From: Vicugna vicugna
Taxonomy: Eukaryota
Assembly (NCBI GenBank): GCA_013265495.1
Contig: MU057880.1
Location: 774,527-838,526, forward strand
Length of the DNA: 64,000 bases
Direction of reading: 5' to 3'
The position numbers were made by a program, and so were the translations under genes. The notes under the pieces were generated by a model. The model ran no database searches and had not been told where the DNA came from. It worked only from the letters and a program-made list of their open reading frames with translations. Shown here in pieces: positions 26,366-37,932 of this stretch (the first letter of the stretch is position 1; the number at the start of each line of letters is the position of its first letter).

Positions 26366-29201
26366 GCACCAAATGCCACAGAAAAATGGATCAAAATAAT
26401 CTGTGAACAAGTTTTAAGAAAAGATTTCCATACATTGACATTGATCACTATTTAACTGATCAGAAACAGAAAGTCTTACCAATTTGTCTTAACAGAGCTT
26501 CAATAACAACAAATCAACCCTATAATCTTCTCCTTTTTTAAACACCACTTAAATTTAAGCATACTGCAATCTGGGATGGTTCACCGAATTTTGACATTTA
26601 AAAATGCACATTCAGAGGGGGCAGCTTGATTTAGGCAAATATGCTATTAAAACGTCCCCACCCCCAAAGCACAACAGAAAACAAATGGTTCACATTTACC
26701 GAGAAGTTGAAGACTTTTTCAATTTCATGGTCAAAGTATGCGTGAACAAAATACTTGCAAAAGTACGTACGCATCAGTGGAAAAAGCCGGATGTTTAAAA
26801 GAACGGTGGGGTCACTTTTCATTCCTTATTGTTATGTACACCCAAGTCTAGTGTGGAACTTAAAAAGCTACGGATTAAGTTTTATAAAATCTCAGGACCT
26901 CACGAGAGGGCGCTCACAGCGGCTTAGTATCATCGAGCGGCCGGGATTGTCCTCCCTCCAAAAAAGTCCACTCTGAAAAGGATGGTTAAGTTAAAGTTTT
27001 GACGTGTAAACAGCAGTTCCGCGGGATGTGAAAAGTTGATAGTTGCTTTCAATAAAAAACAGCACGCTTCAGGAAAAAAATGGATTGAAGCCTGTACAAA
27101 AAGCTATTTAACACTGATAAAAAATAAAACCCTTTGGAATTCTGCACAAGTACGGAAGCGACACTCTACCTTTTCCTCGTCCTGTTGAGACGCGCACGGT
27201 CATCTCGACGCTGGCATCACTCGTGGACCGCGCACGAGCCGACTGCGATGCCCGGAGGGACGTCGTCCCACTGGCGCGGACACGCCTGCTCGCTGGCGTC
27301 CGGACGAGCAGGGCGCTACGAAGGTACGCTCGCCAGGTAAGACCTCGGCGTGGGGGAGCCCGAGAGGTGGGGTCCTGTCAACTGAGGTAGTTTGCTCTGT
27401 GTTCATGTATATTTTTAACTTTTTCTTTTTCTCTCGAGGTGGGCACGGGAGAGGGCAGGGTCCCGTCTTGCCTCCTGGGCTGAGGCGGATGAAGCCGCCG
27501 GGTGCTGCGCGGTGCTGAGGCTGCATCTTACGGTCCCACGAGACTCTCCCCTCCGCTTCTGGGCGAACACGCGGGGCTGCGTAGAGGAGGTTTACACGGA
27601 GCAGGGACCATCTTGGCCTGTGTTTGTAGGGCAGCGGCTAACGAGGATACGTGCTGCCTGGAGCCCTGAGCATCCCTGAGGACGCCTCCACCCTGGGGAC
27701 CCCTCCCCACAAAGCCTCCCCACAGGACGTTCTCCCCGGGGGTCTGGGGACAGTAGACTGAGGCAAAACCAGTCTCCTCAGGCTTTGAGGGGCTTCTAGG
27801 TGAAGTGTGGAACCAGCCATCTAGAGCTGTTTCCCCCCGCCTGGGTCCAACTTGCAATAGGCCGCTCCGGGCCACAAAGACAGAGCCAGTTCTGTATCTG
27901 TTATTTCCTAGGAAACCCTAGGAGGTGGAGGCGGAGGAGCGCCCAGAATGTGTAAACAAGGAAGGGGACTGGAGATGGGGAAGCTTGGAGCTGTGCAGAC
28001 AGGAGGCTGGCTCGCGGTTTATCACAAGGATGCACACGCAACAAACGTGGGCAGGATGAGCACAGCATTGGGGCAGGTCCACTCCATCTGTGGACGTGAC
28101 AACGACAACCCTGTCATGGAACCAGGGACTCAAAACACCAATCGCAGACGTCAGGCGAAAAGAAACAAACAAAAAAACATAAAGAATGGACAACGTCAAG
28201 TTTATGAGAGAAAAGACAGAAAATGTAAATTAGAAGATCTTAAGAGCCTTAACGGACCCACCTCCACTTCACGTTGTAAAGAGAGGGGAGGGCAGCAGGC
28301 CTGACCCGTTCCAAAGAATTATTCCTAAGGAAGAACACACCTGTTTTTCCTCCCTTGGTTCTGCTGCGATGCTCTGTCAAACAAGTAACTCGCATTTGTA
28401 ACAGAATTAAGACACAGACTTCTGTGACTTGGTGTTTGGGATCAGGATTTCATTGGACAGAAAAATCTGAAGTCGTTTCGTATTGTGAGGTGTGGGGGTG
28501 ACATGGAAAGGACTGGAATCGATTCGTATGACAGTGAAGGAAATGTGAGCCTGGTTCGAGCGAGCGGTCCTCGAGAGCTGCAGGGCGCCGGCAATGTCTG
28601 CCGGGCTCGGTTCACTCCTGCCTGTTACCAGGCCATTCCGTGAGAAGTCATTCCTTTACCCTGGACATCAGCACATTGTCTGTTTCACCATCAGTTAACT
28701 AAAGTTCTTTTCTATCGACAGAACATTAAGGTTTTGTTTTGTTTTGTTTTTTAAAGCAAATTGTGGGAATGAATGGACGATTCTTCATTTTGGTGGGTGA
28801 GTGAATTTCTGGAAAGGTGTTTTGAAAAGGACGTGGGGGTTGGAAGGCACGGAGATGATAATGTAAAAATTTAGCTCATGTGTGGATTGTTCACAAACGC
28901 TCCAACTAGTCCCTTCCGTGAGTCACCCGGAACCGTGGCAGGTGCCGTGTCCCCCCAGGACAGCGGTACCTGGTAAAGTTCGACGGTCATTCGTCCTCAC
29001 TCTTCCGGGAAGAAGGCGGCTTCGGCTGGAAGAACTGAGCAACGGAGACACTCCTGAGCTTGTGGAAACGGCTTTGGTAAACGGCCTCTGAAAAGGCTGC
29101 GGCAAGCTCTGAAGCATTAAGGTGAACGCCGTGGGGCGCGCCCGAGCGCGTGCAGCGCGGACCACGTCTGGATGGGGTGAAGCGGCTACATGAGTCTTGG
29201 G

Positions 29202-29207
29202 TTTATT
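29202..29207 (-). terminator. FNIP2: Candidate proximal poly(A) signal of FNIP2
   Basis: AATAAA on minus ~510 nt after the stop; downstream GU element is weak, so usage is uncertain. Confidence 0.35.
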
Positions 29208-29716
29208 GCACCAACAATGCATCCCTAACCTGCCCACGCCAGCATCGCAAACGAGGTAAACTCGGGGAAGACGAGGGAGCAGCGGGTCCCCGGAGCTCTG
29301 GTCCCCACGGCCAGTCCCAGTCCCCACTCGGCCCTTGGCATTGGCACCCAGGGACCCTTCTCAGAACAGCAGGACAGGCTTCCTCCGCCTGGAGAGCCCA
29401 CGCTGAAGCTCTGAGCCGTCTCCTCCTGGAATGGTCCGCGCTCGGAGGTGGTCACTGCTCCGCCCGCACACGCCGTCGGGACCCGCAGCTCCGCGTCCGC
29501 GTCCACGCAGGGCCCCGCCTCCTCCTGCATGAGAATCCCGGGAACCGGAGGCCCGACGTGCTCGGAAAAACACGCACGAACCATGTCGCCCGGCCCAGCA
29601 TCCCCTGGAGAGCCACACGGCACGGCGGTGGCCTCGGCGACACGGAGGGCTGACCCTCCTCCTCCGGTGGAGAGCCTGACTCCTCCTTCGTGGGAAGACT
29701 CGGCCTGAGCGCCAGC

Positions 29717-29795
29717 TCATAAGAGTATCTGAGCCACGTAGGGGGAGTGGGTGCTGGCGACGGCCGTCAGCAGGGGCAGGTCGTTGGACTCGATA
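29717..29795 (-). CDS. FNIP2: FNIP2 terminal exon 17, coding part including TGA stop
   Basis: ctctctccgcag|T ATC GAG...[34 protein letters not shown], the conserved FNIP C-terminus. Confidence 0.97.
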
Positions 29796-29913
29796 CTGCG
29801 GAGAGAGCGGAGAGTCAGGCAAGGTGCAGGGCTCACCGCGGAGGCCCGCTGCCCGGCACCCAGCCTGCCCGGCCACCGCGCAGGGTCCCGCCGCCCCGCA
29901 CGGCGAATGCACG

Positions 29914-30010
29914 CGATACCTTGTAATAACCTACGATGGAAAGGAATCTGAAAAAGCCCAAGTGTATGTCTGACTGAACCACTCTGCTGTACACCTGAAA
30001 CCTGCAAGTT
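29914..30010 (+). mobile_element. Short LINE-1 3'UTR fragment in FNIP2 intron 16
   Basis: ccttgtaataacctacgatggaaaggaatctgaaaaag...tgactgaaccactctgctgtacacctgaaac; similar to 57050-57140. Confidence 0.75.
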
Positions 30011-30833
30011 ATCTGCAGAAGCCAATGCCCCAGAAGGGGAGGGGACTTAAGTGTGGTACGTAAGGAAAACAAATGTGTGACAGGAAACGCTGGGCGCCAA
30101 ACAGCACAGTCGGTCACAGCCTGGGTGTGATGGATGGAAAGACTCAGACAAGAGTGCAGACGCCTGAGTCTTGGGGTCACACTTGGATGAGTGGACGTAA
30201 TAGACAACTTCATGGCTGAAAATGTGTTCCTGCCCCAAAGTGCGGGGATGGTCACCAGAGGTTGGGGGGACGGTCACCAGAGGTAAGGGGGACACTTCTC
30301 CATGTGCCCAGTGTCTTTTTCTTACTTCTCTCTGAGAGTAAACCAAAGCCAGAACTTCTCCCAGAGAAGTCAGGGCAGAGACTCCCGGGCAGGTGACACA
30401 CGACTGGTAACAAGCATGTCCCCTCTTCTGCTGGGTGCACAGACAGGGAGGAGGGTGCAGTCACCCCTAGGACACGCGGGCAGGCCCCCAAGTCCAGGAG
30501 AACGGCCCTTCCCCCTTCCTCCAGCAAGACAGGCAGACACAGCTGCTGGAGTGACAGCTGGTGACTTCCCGTCCTTCTGAAGTGACCAGACACGTGGAGG
30601 GGACTTCACTTTCCACTTTCAAGGAGAAAACCACCCAAGGGGAAGACGAAGGAAGCACCGCTAGCTTAAAGGTCTGCATTTGTCCCAGGGTGGGTGTGAA
30701 ACTCACTGGGGAGCCGCAGAGGCTTGGGCGGGGGGGTCTGCGGGTTCAGGGCGGCCCCGGGAGGCTGGGTCGGGGGAACAGCAGCAGGACAGCCCCGTCG
30801 CGGGGAGAAGCGGTGCCACTTCACAGAACTCAC

Positions 30834-30949
30834 CCCAGGACGACGCTCAGTTCTTTGACGTGGACTCGCGTGTGCCCGCGGAGGTACTCGGACAGCATCT
30901 TACTCTTCAGGTACACCTCCTGCAGCCGGTCCTCCAGGTGCATGACGCA
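30834..30949 (-). CDS. FNIP2: FNIP2 coding exon 16, 116 nt
   Basis: ggctccgcag|TGC GTC ATG...CTG GG|gtgagt; [38 protein letters not shown](G). Confidence 0.97.
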
Positions 30950-31172
30950 CTGCGGAGCCAAGCGCGGCCACGGTGAGGGCGCGCGCCCGGGTCCCCGCCG
31001 GCGCTCTAGGAGCAACTCCCTTAACCCGCCTCTAAGCCCACGACGCTGTCTCAGCTCTTCAACATACACTTAAACAATCACAAGCGCCCTCAAACCCCAC
31101 CACTAGGAAAGATACGAAGAGGTTTCTGTCAAACAATAATGTTTAAGTTTTCCAATGACTTAAGATCTTCAT

Positions 31173-31240
31173 AGAACCAGAAATCGACACAACATTGTAA
31201 ACTGACTGTAATTCAATAAAAACATGTATATATAAAAAAA
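31173..31240 (+). mobile_element. Extreme 3' tail of LINE-1
   Basis: accagaaatcgacacaacattgtaaactgactgtaattcaataaaaa plus A-rich tail; similar to 39620-39690. Confidence 0.8.
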
Positions 31241-32715
31241 GCTGATGAAGACCTTCATATGTATCCTCTAATCTTTTTTTAAAAAAAGTATGTTTTTCAC
31301 ATAGTCGAAATCATTCTGTAAGTACAATTATTTCCTGTTTTCACAAACTTTAGAATAATCCTTTCCCCATGTTATTAAAAATTCTTCAATCAATGTAATT
31401 TTGATGACTAGATAATTTTTCAGAAGGTGAATTCACCATGACTTACTTACCCACATAGCCATCTGCATTTTTGTTATTGTACCTAATTTTGTAAAAAGTA
31501 TCTTTGTTACTGTTTTTCCCCCTATATCTCAGACTATTTTGGTGTAAGACATCCCAGAATGACTGGAACAAGGTTATTTTGAACTTTTTTTTTTCTCTCA
31601 AGAATGTATTTTAAGTAGGTCTTTGATGACAGTAAAGAAAGGGCAGTTATTTCCAGGACGTCTCTACACTTGGAATTGTGTCCAGCTTCATTTTTTAGTG
31701 AGCAGCCACCATCTGTGTCTTGCACCAGAGGCAAATGCTTTTGGGTTTGGCAGGCAGAGCTACCCAGGCACCTGATGGCTCCGGGATGGTTAACTCCATC
31801 AGACAAGATTTTCTTCTAGATCATTATGCCTGCTGTTTTCAAGGTAAAAAAATTAACAGATGCATTTAAAAACGTTGATCTTGACCATCTGGGCAGATCA
31901 GTGACATGGAAAAAGCATCGCATGAGAGATGCCATCTTTTCCGTTTCTCACTGGCTTAAATTCTTCAATGTGCCGTGCAGGGTGGCTGGAGCACAACCAG
32001 TGAGTGAGTGAGAGTAATAATCAAAGCAAGGAGGGCCGCAGCCATTCTCACAGACACGTCCCCCCAGGTAAACCAAGTCCAGTGCTGAAAGCTGTCCTGT
32101 TACATTTCAGTTCCTTACAGAGCAAACGCAAAGGTTTACTAAGTGTTATAAAATACTTCATGTTGAGTCCTTTATGTCTTAAAATAGCTCGTTCACGGTG
32201 TTTTCGTGGTCCCCCGGAAAACTGGGTGTTGCCACGTGGAAATGAAGACAACACCGGGTTACACAGAGTGGACATGAAACTTGAACTCAAAGCACTTTGT
32301 AAAAGCCTGATTGTGAAACAGAACTGTTTGGGGATCCCCCTCCCCTTTCTGAGATGGATTTCTTCAATTTTAACTTCTGAAATTTTAAATAGCGACTTTC
32401 TCTTTTCATACTGAGGGAACTAATAGGCATTTAGTCAAGTGTTTCATTCAAGCGATTTTTATGAAGAATTTTTAAACTGTGGGTGAAATTTCCTTTGATG
32501 GTGATGTTGTCAGGTTAGGTCAGTCACTCATTAAGTGGTTAAACATAACCTCCACCCAAATAGAGGAGGCAGAATTAGCTATGGGAACTGATCACTGGGA
32601 TAATTAAGATGTCAAATCTAACAAGAGACATGTCACAGACTACCACATAAAAGTTTTGTAAATACTTACAACAGTAAAAATCTGTAAAATCAAATCTCTT
32701 GCTTCTCTCTTACAG

Positions 32716-32799
32716 AAAAGGAGATTTCAGCCTCCAAGTCGGCAGGAAGCAACTTGCTACTACAAAGGAAAGCTGTCTACAAATGTAGAACAAAGATGA
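32716..32799 (+). CDS. SPMIP2: SPMIP2 (C4orf45) probable terminal coding exon, inside FNIP2 intron 15
   Basis: Strong acceptor tctcttgcttctctcttacag|AAA AGG AGA TTT; phase 0 matches the donor at 22516; KRRFQPPSRQEATCYYKGKLSTNVEQR*; starts like the recalled human end (KRKH*); AATAAA 56 nt after the stop. Confidence 0.78.
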   Translation, partial: KRRFQPPSRQEATCYYKGKLSTNVEQR

Positions 32800-32854
32800 G
32801 GCTGTAAGACCCACAGGAGCCTCCTGTGTCCCTCACCCCCGCTGCTCAGGCCCA

Positions 32855-32860
32855 AATAAA
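32855..32860 (+). terminator. SPMIP2: Probable SPMIP2 poly(A) signal
   Basis: AATAAA followed ~15-25 nt later by GT-rich gcggtggtgtcggtctt. Confidence 0.7.
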
Positions 32861-34355
32861 GGTTCCCGTGAAGCGGTGGTGTCGGTCTTCAGAGCCATGA
32901 ACACTGCCTGAGAGAACCAATGGTTTCCAACAGTGGCACCAACGGTATTGCTTCCTGAGAGCTTAGAACATCTGTAACAGTTACTGCAAGGGCTTCCCTG
33001 AACCACCTGACTCCATTTTCGTCACCACACAAGACGGGTTCTGTCGCTCCCCCAGCTTCAGCTCTGACAAGGCACACGGTTAGGAGGCAGTGGGGCTGGG
33101 CCACGAGGCCGGGCCACTGGCCCTGAAAGGACTAGCCACGAGTGTCCACTGGCGGTTAAGGCACCTCTCGTGGGCGGTGTTTTCAGAGGAGTCTCAAAAC
33201 ACGCTTGTCGAACAGGCCCCGTCTTTACTTTACAGATGACAAGGCTGAGGTTCTGAGATCTCAAGGTCGCCCACTAACGAGGCAGTGGCAGAGCCTGGAC
33301 GTTACCCCGGTTACGTCCAGTGGTGTCCCTGTGATGCCGCACTGCCACCTCCGAAGACAGCCGGATGGTGTCTCAGGGCTCCTTCTTGCAGGACACAGAA
33401 GCCCCGACTTGCAGAATGCGGTGTGACTGGAGGTTCGGTCACAGGAGCTCATGAAAATCACTGCTCCATAAATGGCAGGTGCAGGTAGCTAATCTTCCGG
33501 TTCTTACTCCGTGGGTGATAGCGCTGCATCTTTTGCGGGGGCCGGAACGGAAGTGACGGCTGTGTGGTATGGGGCAGAAGCGCAGAGAGCAGCATCGAGC
33601 AGAGGGAGGGCAGGCGGACGGGGATGCGGGCGGCTCGCTCACCCACCTGCATCTGCTCCAGCCAGCGGGCTCTCCCAGGACACACGCCCTTCAGCTGCCT
33701 CTTGCTTTGGAAACCTCCCTCCCTCCCTCTCTAAGTACGTTTTCCCTCAATCTCTGCACACACATGTACGCACACACACACGCGGATTTCTTTTGCATAT
33801 TATTCAAGCAGAGCTGTCATCATTTTCTAGGAGATGCTGGGCGCTGCCTGCTGCTTGTATTTAATGTAATGTTACCAAAATGGTTTAAAATCCCATTTGA
33901 CAAGGAATGATTGCTACCACCTTCTGTGGGTCTGGTGCGTCCCCATTTTCAGTGTTGACACAGACCATATCCTATTTTATCTGTAACAACCCAGGGAGGA
34001 CAGTCCCCAAACACACGGGACTGCAGTCCCTTCCGAAACCAGCTTGCTTGGCATGGATGGAATAAAAGGAAAACCAGTGAGTTCTCTGGAGGAGGATTTT
34101 CAATCTCCCTTCCTGCATGGTCCCTGCCTCTACACCTTACTTACTTTTCTACAGAACTTGTTCAGAAAGCTGTGTGTGGTTCCACGTCCCCTGTCTCATG
34201 GGAGAGCCACTGAGACTGAGATCTACCCTGGGTGCCGCTCTTCTGTCGCAGGTCTGATTCCACTGATCTAACCTCCAATTATGGCACAAGCAGTCCACGG
34301 GAGCTCGGGCTGCACAGTCACCTTACCAAGGGCCGTGTCCTCTGGCCATACTTAC

Positions 34356-34556
34356 GAAGTCGGCAGGGAGGTGCAGCTTGTACAGTTGCAGGATGGACTG
34401 GAGCAGGCTGGACACCTGGCTGGACACAAGGACCTCCTGGCCGAGTTTTGAGTCGTCCACCACCTTCCTCTGGCTCGTGGCCACCTGGACGCTCCACTTC
34501 TCCGTGTCGGCAACGATGCAGATGGCCTCGGCAATGGGCTCGTCCAGCACGGGGTG
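34356..34556 (-). CDS. FNIP2: FNIP2 coding exon 15, 201 nt
   Basis: ctccccccgcag|CAC CCC...GAC TTC|gtaagt; [67 protein letters not shown]. Confidence 0.97.
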
Positions 34557-35985
34557 CTGCGGGGGGAGCACAGGGTCAGCTCTTCCCGGGTGTCACCCAG
34601 AGCATCCAGAAGTTTCTGAGCAGCATCAGACAGAGGGGTGGGAGGGGGTGATGGGCGCCCCAGGAGTAGGGAGCTTCCCGGAGACTCACACAGGGTGTCA
34701 TCGGACTGTCATGTAAAAATTTACTTGACAGAAATGGCAAGCAATCATTATTTCCCTGTGGCACCAGGAGACACAATGTAATGTCATTGGGGGTTCACAG
34801 AAATGTGCAAAGGCACATGCTCTCCCTCCAGCCCCGGACATTAAAGTCCACTTCCTTCTGCAACACTGCACCCTCCTTTTAAAATGGACACTTAGAACGA
34901 GGGGTAGGATTCTACTCCTAGGAACAAGGTCTGGCAGGTCACATCATTCCCTGGAAGGCATGGCCTGAATCACAAAGCAGTGTGGATTCAGTAACCGCGT
35001 GCTACAGGCGTAGATCAGCTCTGACTGCCTACAGGAATCAGATGTGGGTGGCGAGTCACTTATCTGGACGGGGCCAAAAAGTCCAAGTACAGCTCCTGAA
35101 GAACAGACTTAAGACACAAACACCCAGGAGCTGCGCAGTGACAAGAGCCGTGCCCCAGGGCAGACGGGGTGACCGCGGACGCAGCCAAGGAAAAGGGCCT
35201 AAAAAATTGAATTCCTTGAAACTGATCACCATATGACTGCCTCCCTGCCAGGCCCTGTGCCACACAGGTTGAGCGTCCACACGTGCGCAAACCAGCAGCA
35301 CAAGGCCACCTCCCGGCCGCAGGACAGAAGCAAGGAGGCGAGTGGGCGAGGGTACAGGCAGACGCACCCTGCAGCCAACGTCCTCGCAAACATCCTCTGA
35401 CCCTCCTTTACCAAAGGAAACCGGGTCTGGCCTCGTCCCCTGTGCGGTCCCTTCCCTGCCCGGTGGTGGCCACTGTCGCTTTGGCTACTGAGTCTAGCTT
35501 CCTCCCAATTTCCCTTTGGAGAAGGATCTTTCCTGGGTAAGTCCTGGAGGGCCGCCCACCCTCCACCGCGCTGTGGTAACACGACCCAGGCGAGGCCGAT
35601 TAGATGCTCCGGGGATGCCCAGCGGTCCCCCCATAGCAGGGGGTCAGGAGGCCCAGGGTGCTTGGTGCCACCGTGTTCCTGGCCAGACAGCAGCTCCTAC
35701 AGACCCCTCAGGGAGTTCCTGGTCCCCGACTTCCCGAGATGCCTCGTTCTCCGTCTGGCCAAGCCTAGTTCGTTGGTCTTCTTATCATTTCTAAGACTCC
35801 CTGATATTCTTCCAATAAAGTCCCTTCTGCTTAAATTAAGAGTCGGTTCCTGCTGCTTGCAGCGAAGGAGACACACAGCACACAGCCCCGCCGCGGACAA
35901 CCGTGGCCTGGGATTTTTACGACAGCACTCGGGGCTGGGAGGGAGGCTGTCGGAAACCCCAGGTGTTGGCTGTCATACTGTACCC

Positions 35986-36128
35986 TTTTTTTTTTTCTTA
36001 GTTTTTTAAAAACATTTTTTATTGAGTTATAGTCATTTTACAATGTTGTGTTGAATTCCAGTGTAGAGCACAATTTTTCAGTTACACGTGAACATACATA
36101 TATTTGTCACTTTTTTTTCACTGTGCTA
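35986..36128 (-). mobile_element. Short LINE-1 3' tail, sense to FNIP2
   Basis: Poly-T, then tttattgagttatagtcattttacaatgttgtgttgaattccagtgtagagcac; ACTGTAC occurs on both flanks (possible TSD core). Confidence 0.8.
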
Positions 36129-37786
36129 CACTGTACTTTTAACAGGCGACCTGGCTCCCCAGTTTGGGGCTTTTTCCCCTGCCTCGCTTTGCATTCTTTC
36201 TCACAGATGAGGAAGGAGGGACTGGTGGGCTGAATGAGACCCGTGTTGGGGCCGACATTTTTCCTCTATCACACCCAGGAGGGAGACTGTCAGGACTTAA
36301 AATGTGTTTCCCATTGCAAAGAAGAGCCGATCAGGCAAGTCTAATGGCCAGACCTTTCCTTAAGCGTCTGTTCAACGAATCTTAAACGTGAGAAGTGAAG
36401 AATGTGGCAAGGCGGCTTCTGGAATGAATGAAGCCCAGTTTCCCAAGGATGGTTCTCACTTTACAGACATGGAAACCAAACTGTACAAACGCCACACACA
36501 TGATGACCCGAAGTCCCGCTCCCACCTGAAGGCTTCTGCGACCCCGACTCCTGCTCTTCCGAGACAGACACACACACACGCACCAAAACAGGGAATGCGG
36601 AAGGACGGGGTGACTGCAGCGACTTCCCTTTACCAGTTCCTGCAAGTTCTTGCTCAATCCGTGTCACAAATTCACGGCAAGATGACAATGCCTTGTCATC
36701 GGCGTAACCTGGTCCTTAGTGAAGTCTGTCAGGTAGGTCTTTTAAGTTCACAATTGTACCAAGTTCACGCACACACCGGGTACAAACAAGGAGCCACTCA
36801 CCAGCAGTGACACACGTGGCACCGTGCTTCTGAGAAAGGAACACTCTAACAAATGCTGCAGACCACGAGGTGATGATTCAAACACCTGTCAGACCCCTGA
36901 CCTCCGCAGCTCTGTCCTTAGAACTTGGTTCTGATGGTCACCAAAGAGCAAAGGTTCTGACGTCAGGGAGGACAGGGCTGGGGCACTGCCTCTGTCCCTT
37001 GCCAGCTGAGGGCCGCCCAGCTTCCACATCTGTGAAATGTGATGGCACTTAAGTCACAGAGTCTGTGAGAAAAACGTGTCTGCCACGTTAATCTTGTCTC
37101 CAAAACCCTGCGACCTCTTAACATACCACACTGCCATTTCCCTCAGCGATGCATCAATCTGCTCCAGCTCGTCCCCCGAAACGCTCCAGTGCAGACTTGT
37201 CTTTTTCCACCTTAGAGCTCTCCACGCCTGCGCCCACCTGCCACCCCGGGCTCCCTGAGAAGGGCCCCCTTGTCCGGGGAGGGAGGGCGCCTGCTCTTAT
37301 CAGGCTGTCCCTGAATGTCTCCCCAGCTCCCTTCTAAACGGTCCGGGTCCTCAGGGACCCAGCTTGGGTCCAGTCTCCCTGGCACCCCACGTTCACCATC
37401 AGGCATTTAATCACTGTCTTAATGTGCTCGCGATTTCACAGCTGTTTGTCTCCTCAGTGATGGCATAAGTCATTCCAGGAGAGAAGTCACATTTTTCTTC
37501 CGTAGCCTCTGAAATGAGCATAACAACACGCCAGGCGTGGGCTAGCTATCTGATACAGGCCAGCCCTGGCGAATAATCCTCTGCTCAGATTTCTTCATTT
37601 TTAAGGTCAATCCAGTTCCTGTTAAGTCATCTGCACAACCGTCAAGATCGTTCTCTTCCACGTCCCACGTTTAAATGACCAAACTTTCACATGGTTACCT
37701 ACTTCTCATTTAAGAGGCAGAAACTACCACCCCCCACGTACGTGTCCTTCAGCTACTGATGAGTTCATTTTTTAAAAATTGTCTTC

Positions 37787-37787
<1 letters not shown>

Positions 37788-37826
<39 letters not shown>

Positions 37827-37932
37827 TGCAGGGGGAGGTGATTAGGTTTACTTATTTATTTATCTTAGAGGAGGCACTGGGGACTGAACCCAGGACCTCA
37901 AGCTCACGCTCCACCACCGAGCCACACCCTCC
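37788..37932 (-). mobile_element. Vic-1-like SINE (internally deleted) with (TTA)n tail at ~37788-37826
   Basis: gggggaggtgattaggtttacttatttattta...ctggggactgaacccaggacctc...ctccaccaccgagccacaccctcc. Confidence 0.85.

Larger units (their letters stand above)
26340..29716 (-). other. FNIP2: FNIP2 3'UTR (~3.4 kb, 3' end approximate)
   Basis: Follows the stop codon; no recognisable interspersed repeats; U-rich distal part; ends at a minus-strand AATAAA (26365-26360) followed by a U/GU-rich element (gatttgtttgttgc). Confidence 0.75.
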
